From Balanoglossus misakiensis (lineage: Eukaryota > Animalia > Hemichordata): a stretch of DNA of 64,000 nt. Below, in pieces: positions 42,401-54,400 of the stretch (position 1 is the first letter of the stretch; each line of letters opens with the position of its first letter). The notes under the pieces are model-generated. The model was given only the letters and a program-made list of their open reading frames with translations, did not search any database and was not told the DNA's origin. The translations under genes and the position numbers were made by a program. Location: positions 4,697,319 to 4,761,318 of the forward strand of contig CM082594.2 in assembly GCA_040954595.2 (NCBI GenBank), written 5' to 3'.

Positions 42401-45400
42401 TTTTGAAAGCTAGATTAACAAAAAACATGCTGGCAGTATGCAGCCTATGCATTTTTCCATATGCTTTCCATGTCTATAAATTAACCTAGGAGCTGTTGGG
42501 AATGTTATAACAAAAGCTGCACCATTCATTACATTCAAATCAAATTTCACCGAATCAGCTTCAGGAGACCAGAGTTCAGTAACTAGAAAAATACTTTCTT
42601 TCCATCACGTATCTCATTCTTCCACTGTGAATATTTCTAGATTCCTTTTCACCGAAAGATATTCAGCAAATCAATGTAGTATATCTTTGTACATTTTACT
42701 TGAATTGATCTTCACTGAAAATTCAGTGAGCACATTTCAACTTAAAACATCACAGTCTTTGAGTTTTGACCCGTAACTTTTGTTACTTCTCATCCATTCA
42801 TTTGAATGGATTTACCATGATGGAAGGCTAGTTATATTCTAGGAAACAACGAACATGACATAACCAGATATTAATAGAACTGTTTTTCAGATTTTGCTGG
42901 TCATAGCCAGTGTTGGCCTGTCCACAGCTTCTTTCATTGAAAAGTTGTAGTTTCACAGATCACAATGTCATACATATGTACCATATTCGTTTTGTGATAT
43001 GATCCAACATGGCTGCCACTAAGCCATTCTTGTTCACAGTTGCTGATGGATATTTTTGAAAAGACACACTGGGGACTTCCAGTGCTAGTGTTTTGAAATA
43101 GATCCTTATGATTCCTGCAGTTCAAAGGGGAAGCAAGAAGCAGAACCTTAAGATCCACACAGGAGTCACAAAAGACTTTAAAGGGACAAAGTTACTCACT
43201 GGTCACATAATTTTGGTTATTTTGGTTTCTCTCGATAGATTATCGCGTTGCTCTGCTAACTGAAATATGCACAGTGATTGGTTGTCTGAGCTCAATTTAC
43301 GTCCTGTATATATGGACATGCATAACACACGGATGTAGCCATTTTTTTTAATTTTTGATCAGTACCAAAAATTGAATGTCAGTAGTAATTCATTGTTATA
43401 CACATATACAGGATATGAGTTGAATGATCATATTTCAGCAAACAAAGCATCCATAAAAAGAAAGTTAAATAGCCAATATATAATGTCAAAAGAGGTCACT
43501 TCTGTCCCTTTAATGCTGGAAACTGCACAAAGCACACCAACTTCTTTCCACCCTCTCACCCCTTTTTCTGAAGAAAAATTGAATGATCCCACTGCATTCC
43601 CAGTTATAGTTTAATACCCTGATAGCATACATGCATGTATCCCGTCAATTACCTAAAATTAAATCTTTTTTTTCTTTGACAGATTTTGAATCACCACTGG
43701 ATTGAAGGCAATTGTACAGGCAAATGCGACAGATGTAAAAAATCAATCAAAAGTTACAACGGCGTCACTGGACTGCACTGTAGATGGTGCCAAATTACAG
43801 TAAGCTATCAAATATTTGTCTGTGGTGTTGATCCCAAATGGCATAGAGTTTCTGATGAATGTGGTTGGATCCACTCTTGGGTTGAAAAAATTCAAATGTT
43901 AAATGATGCTTGACTGAGTGTGTGAAACTAAATGATGCTTGACTAGATGGAGAGTTGCAAATATAGAATTTATACAGCTGGTGTCGTTCGTAGAATACGA
44001 CAGCGAAGATATTACACAACATTTTGATGAAGCTGTAGATGAATCTTGACAGTAATCAACTCATAAGAGATCTTTAGAGTGAAGTAATACAATAAACCAT
44101 TTTCCAAACCCCATGAGATCCTGTGAGATATCGCGTTGCTATGCACTTTATATGCTAGGACATTGTCATGAGACACTGGGCAAATGACACAAAAATTACA
44201 GATTTTGTTAAACTCTGCACCTATTCTGGTAATTTTCATAAAAAGCTTGACTTGTAGTACTTTGCTAGCAACCCGTTGCTATGGAAAACTGTGTCTTTAC
44301 TTTACTTTATTATCGTTCTCAGACTCTCAGTGTTTATTTATAGCGCTTGTGAAGGTAACTGTAGCGATGTGATTGAAAGAAAACACTTTCAAGGCTGATT
44401 TTTGTATCCTCCTTGATTTCAGCTTCATAATAAGTGTGCATCTCATCTTAAACCCGAGTGTAATTTAGGCGAGCTGAGAGATCATGTGTTGCCACCGACT
44501 GCAGTCTGCCCAGCCGTCCTGGTGAGTAAATGTCGCCCTCTGGTGGTCATCTACAGAGAGCAAACCACCTTCATGATTTTTTTTCCAAGTATAGATTTTT
44601 ATGTTGAAAATTGGAGTCGGTGTCAAATGACCAAAAAATAGTGGTTTTCGTTTGATGGAACCAAGCAGCGATGGCTATACTATACTGCACTGATACTGTG
44701 AGATTCGTGTACCCATACAGAATGATACAGAATTTGGACCGTAACATATACATTCGTACTCCTAAACCATTCTTGGATCTGATCTACACTCAATATACGC
44801 TTAACGTGAATTACAGCTCTTTATAAAGAGTTTACACTTTGTAGAAATTACTCTCTGAGCATGGCAGTATTTAAGGACTTGGTCTTTTCAATGTCTCATG
44901 ACGTCATTTGCTGTGTACCACTGTCATGTGGTTGTCACATGGTACGTCTGAAAGGTCATGTGACAGCCACATGGTCTAACAGGGTGTGATACTTACATAA
45001 CACAGTCAAAATTGACCAAAGACCTAATCTATTAGTTTTGCCATGAATTACACTAGTCTTACTGATACTGTGATATTTTTTTAGAAATTAATAAACGACA
45101 TTTTGAGATTAAAGCAAATACCATTAATGTAGGACTTCTTTAGCTTAAAAGTAATACATAGTTTTCTTGTACTTGGTTAAAAACATAATTGTAAAATATA
45201 TGAAGTTTCAAGCTGGCCTTGAAAGTTGGATTAGCAGCTTTGGTAAAAGAAAAATCAAATCGCAAAAAATTACCACTTTAATGCCTCTTTGTGTCATTTG
45301 AGTAATGCAATTCTCTGCCAAATTGCATAAAAATGTGAATTTTTCCATGCAGTTGTACGTATCGTATCCATAGTTTTATCTTGCATGTGAGGGCACATGC

Positions 45401-48400
45401 TCTCTACCAAATTCCAAGAGAATTATGAGAAAGTTCAAATCATAGAAAACTTCAAAGGCAAGATTCTCTGGTGTCAGCCTCGTTGGGGCCTGTTTTGACC
45501 ACCAACATGGCAACACCACGCTGCTGATCCAACTAGATGGCCTCAGCCTCCACCCCTGTATAAAATGGAATAATCCATGCACTGCAGTAGCAGTTTTCCA
45601 TTACAGAAAATCTAGAAATTTAGAAGTCCGTAAATTTCAGTCTCATGTATGGATGCAAACTATTAACTGTAAAAAGCTTTGTATGTTGTAAGCACCAGTA
45701 ACTATATACAAATGGATCCAGTATTTATAATGAAGCTGGCAATTAATTTCAAACGCTTTCAATCTCATAAAGAAGCTAATTCCATTTATCACTCATCATA
45801 AAGTAATATTTTTATCGCATAACATCTACAAGCCTCATGCTGTGTGCATTTAACCATAAGTAAAAAAAACTTATTCATCATAAACTAATGTTTTGTTACT
45901 GTGTACACCTTGTGTTGATCTGTTTTTTTGTTTTGTGCTTTTTTTTTGTTTGTGTTGACATTTTATTCTCCCCCCTCATAGGTCCGTGCACGAAATGCTC
46001 ATTTACAGAAGTTAAACAACAATGCAAAATCAACCGCAACCACCCCAAGTTGTCCTGAGGTTTGTCCTTGTGTGGTAGAAATTAGAAAAAAATTAAACAA
46101 ACAAACACCTCAACCTAAACTAATATTAATAATCGCTTTTATACATACTTTAAAAAAAAACGTTCTTCATGGGTGCTTGCTGTATGTCATCTCTCAAAAC
46201 CCCTTCACCACCATGGTTTGGACCAAACCCATTGTTTTATTCAGTAAAGTTGGACTTCTACATATAGAAATGGGGGTGAAAGGGTTACAATTAAATGAGC
46301 AAACAGTCTCGCCTTAGCTCACCAGACCCCAATAGTGGCTATAGAAACTTAGAAATATTATAATGTTTTGATTTTATAATAAATTGAAAAAGATTGACAA
46401 AATTTTAAAATTCACTTGAGAGTTATCCAAATTCAGATTCCAGTGCAAATTCTTATTTTGTCCAGTGTCTAATATTCTGTCTGCTATATTTTAAGATTTC
46501 TGATACAGTACTGGAAACTGGTTGTTAATTATAACTTTTCTTAATTACAAGGGTGTTGTATTTCCCCACGAATTAACTCGTACGAAATCTGGAATTTCAC
46601 GTGGACTTCAGTTTTGAGATTTGACACGCTGTTACAGCTCACCCAAAGAACATAATAACATTACTTACTACAGCAAATCTCCTCTTCACTTCAGATATAC
46701 AATAATCAGTCATTTCAGGCTGCCTTACCATCTAAAGTTTTCCTTAGACTTTCACCACCAGATTGTCAAGGAATTTATCCAGTGACAGCTAGTCCACTGA
46801 CCATTTTGCTCATTTAATAATTGTCAACATGCAACTTTCATCAACTAATTTGCTGTTTTTCCAATACAGTGAAAAGTATATAACCATTACCTGCCTAATA
46901 TTTTGTGATTTAATACTCAGATATAAAAAGTCCTCTGAACTGCAAAATGAAATTCTCATCTTTCTTGTGGATTAGCAATCAATAGAGCTAAAAATATTGT
47001 CATTTCTTTGAGTTGTGGAAATTCTCTGTGTAAGTGTTTTATATAAAAAGCAATGTTATAATATGTGGTTCACTATCTTTGACCAAACAGTGCTTGAATA
47101 TAATCAAGCAAAAAAATAAGGCTATGTATGACTCTAGCAGATGAATGCAAAATAACTGAGTACATTTTTTTCATGAATAACAAAAACATAATGAAGTTTG
47201 ACTGAAAATAAATCAAGTCAGTAAATGTCTTTCATCGTATTTATCACAAACTGTCTGTGCCAAATGGAAAAGTCAACCTATGACCATACGCATAATCTCT
47301 GTCTTATGTATATTCTCAGTAGGGACCAAAAAGTAGAATTGAACTGAAGGAATAATTTGTATCTGTCGAGCAAGCATCCACAGTGAAACCATTCATATAT
47401 GTATATCAGAGATAGAAATGTGAAAAAAGAAAGTTAGTGAAATGCGCTTTGAAAAGAATGATAATTTAAACTCAACGATTTTCGTGTTTGTCTAAAGTCA
47501 ATAGTTAGGAAAGTCTTAACTGCTTAAATTTCTGTGCAATCATTTTTCAAAAACATGATAATATCCTAACAGTCTAACACCACCATAACAACTTCATGCT
47601 ACTGTTCAACGCTAACAGAATCTTGCCTTGCATTCTCTCTCCAAACTGACTGACTCTTTGCTGTGAATTCTGAAGTTTTCTTCTGCACTAAAATTCTATT
47701 TTTTCCAGGTTGTATAGCAGTCAGACTGGAATCACAAAATTGACGTGTGTGTGTTTTTGTGTTGTTTTTTTTCCTCAATACAAGTGTGTGTTGTGTAGTT
47801 TAGAACACGTGAATATGTTAACATACAATATAGCATACATATATTGCATATTAATTAATCAATAGAGACATGCAAAACTTGCAGCTCTGTGGTAAAAAAA
47901 TGCTGTTCAAATACATGTACCATGGACTGTCTTGATGAGACATGCATTTCAGCATATTACTGAAAAAGTGATATATAATACAACTGTCCTTCAAACTATA
48001 ACTCAGGGAAAATGTCACCATTTTGGTGTCAGACATGGGATTGAGCATTTTTGTAACAAAAAATGACAAGTCTGTCAAAGGGAATACCCCCGTTTGTATA
48101 TTATTTAGACATTTTCTCATAAAAACCACACATTCATGATAACTTTGATTTTCTAGGAATCTTTTTGATACTTATACAACACTGACAATGATCATACACA
48201 CAGTTTCTGTATAATAATATAATTCCTAGAAATCCCTGTATATGTCATTAGGGAAGTGGTATATCGCACCTTACTCCAATTATGTTCATGGCCAAAAATA
48301 AAACATAAAAAGTAATGAGACACACACCACTGAATGTTATTGTCATTTCGTATTACCTCAAGAGAGCTCTTTCCCAGAGGATTATACACGATCATTCCGT

Positions 48401-51400
48401 CGTCTCAGCAGGGGGAATGGTCTTGGAACGGACAGTGCAATTAATGCACAGTTTGTGATTAAGCAAATCAGATCTCTTCTGTCACATTTCACTGAGCTTT
48501 TTTCTGTCTGCAGTGTTTTTCCACATATAATTCAGCAATCCGCAATCATTCACAAAAAAAGATGCTAAATGCATGCCATGGTTAGACCAAGCATATTTCC
48601 ACTGGCCTATTAAATTAATTGTCACACCAAGAAAAGAGATTTTGAAGCAGACGATTGAACGCCACTGTACCTTCAAGTTTTGCTGTCCAGATATGCAATG
48701 GCAAATTTGCTTTTTTTGTACTAAAATACAAGATTTTGATTCACAGACTCGATGAGCTTAATTGCTGCTTTAAGCTGGATTTATGTACTGCACCAATACA
48801 ACATAGCCTATCTCTGCGCTTTGTGTGTTTGCTTAAACTGTCTCTATATCACTAACATGCCATTTTTAATACACATAAAAAAGATTGTTTTATAATGAAA
48901 ATCTATCGTAGACAGTCCCTAAACTGTACAACAGGCAACTCGTGCATGCCTATTTCCCTGAAAAGTGGTGCGACCCGGTGAGAGAGAGAAAACTGTGAGG
49001 ATCACGCCAAGATATAGGGAAAACAGCATGTCAGATCTCCCGAGCATCGAGTGGAGAAAAATATTTGACTTGGATGCTCTGTTTTGTCTTCGACAGGAGA
49101 GACGCAGTACCCTCACACCCAAGGAGGTGACGGAAAGCACCGAGGGAGGAGTAAAGAAGACCACAGTTCAAAGAACGGACTCCATGTCCATCGAGGGGCA
49201 GGGATTACAGGTGGGTCCCAGTGAATGTGGAGTTTAAATTTATTTTAGTGTCCAATGTAAGTGTTGCTTTCTGAACTTCTGCCTAACATACATACTAGCA
49301 CCAGCTCCCCACTCCTTGACAGTTGCCATAGTAACAGTAAGTGTAAGTATCAAGATGTATGACCAAATTACGAATAATTCCAAATACTCTACTCAAATGA
49401 CGTACAGGGTTTAAACAAAGCATTGGCTGGGCTCCTGGTAGAATTCTTCTGTGGGAATAGGGCTACAAACAGCGCCCCCATGCACCATATAAGCACTAAC
49501 AACCATCCCTCATGATATATTGATGAGCCATTCTGATTATTAAATGCAATTGTTGAGGTCATGTTCGTGCAAAAAAATTGTGTCACTGTTACCTTTTAGA
49601 TAATCATAGTAAAACCAACATTTTATTAAAACTGTCGAATAAAGAAGGATCAGACTATACACACATAAAGTCTGTCTTTTCTTTTAAAGTTCTATATTGC
49701 TAGCCCCTATCAGGGAGCACGCTATAATACGATATACACTCTCCAATTTCCCGATACATCTTCCAGTCAAAGTATAATGACAAGCCAACAGATCTCGGGA
49801 TGTAGATTATCAGACCTGATCTCACGATGACACAAAAGTCATACGAATTTATATGAACCGATACAGTGATAGCCGGGATCGGGTTAACGGCAGTCAATAA
49901 AAAGAGAGATTAACGATTATTTTTAATGTTTTAAGGAAATTTAAACTGCATGAAACATCTTTTGGTCGACAAAACAGTTCAGGAAGCCATGCAGTCTGCT
50001 GGTTAAAATCTCCGTTATTCTTCAGGATCCTGTGAGAGGAAGTTGTGTGGGTTCAAGCCCGGAGAGGCACATTAACGAAAAGTGAAAAAAAAATTAAATT
50101 GCGTATTAATAGTCCTCTGTTTTATTTGTATTAGTTGACAGAATGTTGAGCGAGTGTCTTATTTTTGACAATTTGATACATTTTCAGGAAAGTGCAATCT
50201 TGTTATACTTGCAGACCTTGAAACTGTCTCTGTATCTTTTACAATTCCATGCAGTTTTAAATTTCAGACTGGTAGCTGTGTTGAATTTGTTGAGAAAGCA
50301 GATAATTTTGTTCCGCGATCGACAAACTTGCGTTTTTGTCTTGTCTCTGTACCTTGGTGGGCTGGCAGGGTGGCTGGATCATGCAGCTTACACAGTGTTA
50401 ATGTTAGTTTTAAGTTTTATTTTCATTATTCACTCAAGAAATCTACAGAGGATTGCGTAGTCGTTTCTATATGCCAGTTACTTTTATATACAATTCATAA
50501 AGGGTGTTGATTTTTCTGGTGATAGTCACTTAAATTTATCGTTTATCACATTAATGGCTAATTACCTTCAACAAATATGCATCAATCATACCTAGTCTTC
50601 CTTTATTTCCATGTGGGCACATTTCCGATCAGGATTGTAACACGTTCCTGTGCAGTGCAAGGGAGCAACTCTTGGGGTTGGAAGCGTGACCGAGTTGTTT
50701 TATCCGTAAAGTGAAAGTCATATTTAGTGAGGATTAGAAAATGGCTATATACGTGTAATCTACAAGGTCTGTTTGGGCTCATTGATTTTCATTGAACGTA
50801 TTGACCACACTGCATCAAACGCTGGGCAGGATCAGTCAATATGTATTTCAAAAAACAAGAAGTATCGACTTGATGACAGAGAGCAAGAGATATAATCTAT
50901 TGGTTCAGGTTCAATTTGTGTGTGTTTCCCAAGAAAGTTTGTGCATTTGACCTACATTAGTTGGAGTGATACTTTCAGAAAAAGAAAGTTCTCGTCACCA
51001 TGACAACCAATAAAATTCAGTACATGAATATTTGCCATTGACAATAATTAGTCATCTCACCAAATTTTTTATCCTTTCACAATACTCATTGATGCTCTTT
51101 GCATATTAATCTACTTCATGTCTTGTACTATGGCACCCATAGCAGAAACATGGAACAGACTGAACTTTGCATCAAAGTATTTTACCTCATCATCATTATT
51201 ACCATCATCATCATCGTCGTCACATCATCACTGAATAATTAATCAGTTGATCAATTAACTTTTCTTTATTTAGTATCAAGTTCTTTCATTAAACTGATGA
51301 GTTTAGCAAGTGATGTCGTGCAGTCAAACATGTCCCAGTGCGGCTGATAATTAATGTGTTGGGAAATCAAGCAGCAACTGTAAAATTCGTCAGTTTACAG

Positions 51401-54400
51401 TCAAGAGAGGCAACTTCAAGCTTGTACATACACTACATAAGTATCACAAATTTGTTTTAAAATCAAGCCAAGAAAAGTTGATTTCGCGTCTTTTATAAAA
51501 AATTCTTAGGTCCCCGTTGAGTTTTTGGAACACTATCAAAAAATCTATATAGGCTAAAAAAAGCATACAAGTTTCAGCCACCGGACTCTGATTAATCATG
51601 ATGATTAAAAATTATTTGTTCTTTTTAAATTACTGAAAAAATAACCATACTGTTCATTCGAAACTACACAATATTTTTTCGGTTGTCTTAATGTCACTTA
51701 GAGTCTAGTTGTTAATGAGAATATGGTGTAATATTCAAGAGAAAATTTACAAGTTTGTTCATGAAAGAACTCCAGTGATGGTTCAGTATTATGCATGTTA
51801 ATCTTAAGATCTAGAATTATGTATGCGCAATGCTACAATTCCCCAGTGGCAAAAAAATTATTATCTAATCAAGTAGACTCGGTAATGAATCAGAAGCTGT
51901 CAGATTTCAACAAAAGTACAAGTAACTGTCTATTATTTATGTAACAGAAGATGCATAAATCTTTTTTGATAAATATCGTATTATCCATGTTTTTAAGCTC
52001 ACACTGTCCCGAATAAGAAAAAACCGTGGCAACTGTTTTACCAAAATAATTGTGATCACATATTCATACTCCAAAACATCATATTGTACACGAGTTGTAA
52101 CTTAAGACATATGCAAAACAATACAGACTACATGTAAAGTATGTATACCTACAGTTTCTTGTTCTATTCACTACATCATGTTGATATGCCTGGCTTGTTA
52201 CCATAGTCAATATATGCAGTACCAGCAACTGAATTGTAGTCCAGACTTCAAATATCAACAAAAACATTGCATTTTACAAGCCTATACTTTATTAAAAAGC
52301 TCAATACTTGGCCACTTAGGCTTGTTTCAGTGAGAGGCTTGTTTCAGTGAGTGGAACTAAAAAACAGCAGTTGTTGAATAGAACAAAAATCATCAAACGT
52401 TACAGATACAATTGTTCCTTTATATTCTAGGTTTCTTTCCTTTATTGTACTGTTCCTTTATATTCTAGGTTTCTTTCCTTTATATTCTATAGGTTTGGTC
52501 ATTCTCTGTACGTATATTACATATAACTTTTTCCCCTTCAGATAACACCACTGCCAGGCACACATCCACTGGTGATTTTCATCAACCCGAAAAGTGGTGG
52601 AAAGCAAGGGGCTAGAATCCTGAGAAAATTCCAATATCTCCTGAATCCAAGACAAGTATTCAATCTTGCCAAAGGTGGACCAATGCCAGGGTAGGTAGAT
52701 GATTCCATGGTGCAGTGAAAAATGTACAGTACGTTATTCGTGCAGTGATAAAAATACAGTATACACACACTTCCATTAAGTATAGATTTAGATTCAGAAA
52801 CTGACATCATGACAGAAGACATCCGTCTCCAAGACAACCAACAGAAAAACAGAAAAAAAATGGCTCAGGGGAAAGCTGTAGGCACAAAGGTTTAACTACA
52901 GCAGCCATAAAATTCACTGAAATCAAACCAGGAATTTATCGGCACAAGAGGCTGCGATTATACAGAAGCTAACATGTCACCACTGTAATTGAAAGAACTA
53001 TAATAATCAAATGTAAATTTTCTCCTTTACTCTAGTAGCAGTGGGGTTTTTTTCGCTGCAGATATTTATCCATTTGCAGCTTATCATGACACAAGCAAAG
53101 CCGTAATCATTGATTTTATGGACATTCTCCGGCAGCCCACAGCGGTAAACCATCCTACGGCTTAGCTAGTAAAACTTAACTGCTGACAGGGCGGCCATTT
53201 TGGAACAATCTTATTCATTTCGCTCGTATTTAGCGAATCTAGGAAGAAATTAAATCTCTAGAGAAAAAAAATATAAGCATGGCTTAATTTTGTCCCCAAA
53301 GACAGTCTCTGTGCCAGAATTGATGTAAAAAAGCATAAATCCCGCTCGTCGAACGCAGCAGAAATTTTGGCGGGAAAAACGGAGCTGAAAATTAATAGGC
53401 TGGACGGCAACAGGTGTAAATAATAAAAGGGTACAGCTGTCAGATAGAGTAACCCCTGAATCGCCAGAAGACACGCCGTAAATAGCTGACTTCACTGACA
53501 CTGCGGGGATTTATGAAGATTTACTGAACTGATCTAAACTTGAAGATGTAATGAACACTGGTCAGACGTCGACCATAAATCACTGAGAGTACAGATAAAC
53601 AGCCACTGGTTTTACAAAAAAGGACTAGCAAAAAGTAAATAGCTTCTTGTGTGTTAATGTCGCCGTACATAGACTGGTGTTATTACTGGTTTTAAAAATT
53701 TGATGTGAAAGCCAATCTAAAAACAGTGTTTTATTAAAAACATAACTTTGTATTAATATTATAGTAGCCTAATTGAGGTTTATTTCAAAACCGAAGCCCA
53801 TCCTATCCTACCCCACATCTCCTAACCATACCAAACCCATCACATCCTGAATTGTTAGACAGTTTACACATAAATCATAAAAACTGCCTGAAATAAATCA
53901 GATATAGACACCTTTTCATTTGTAAATGAAGAAATATCTAAGTCATTAGGTGGGAAGGCGTACACGTATATCAAGACTATAAAATTATTGCGTATCCAGC
54001 CTCACAAATATTTTCAAATTATCAAATATGAAAATACTGCTTCTGGTCAGGTTGGTGTTTATTTAAAAATAATTGATCATGACTGTCCTGTTTGAAGTAG
54101 TGTATATTTTTAAAGATTGACAAGGAAGAAATGTGAAATGTGTTTCTGAATTTGATATGTACGAGGTAGGAAAATTTTATACAGTGGATATATTGGCAAG
54201 GGTGTGTTGATGTCTCATTAGGGTTGTCATTTTGTGTGTATGGGTTAAAGAGCTGTAGTCTTGTGCACATGTGCCAAACCAGAGACTCTGGTTACAAAAA
54301 CTGTACACAGTCAATGCCATAAGGCAGTGTAGTGTGCTGTCCTAACAACACACAATCACTCAACTCACCAGGGGGAATATACCAGTGCAACCAACATGAC

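Noticed and set aside
43900-43944. 16-bp direct repeat taaatgatgcttgact (also 15-bp repeat at 27781-27813, poly-G 9653-9668, (TGTC)n near 39961)
   Set aside because: Ordinary slippage duplications and microsatellites; only two units each for the direct repeats, so not CRISPR-like arrays
47707-47716. AG|GT junction as a recursive splice site
   Set aside because: The regenerated donor GTTGTA is weak and the intron is short
48965-49096. In-frame upstream extension of exon 49097 ([11 protein letters not shown]...)
   Set aside because: The nearest upstream acceptor-like AG (48964-48965) is out of frame, there is no promoter evidence, and the acceptor at 49096 explains the exon
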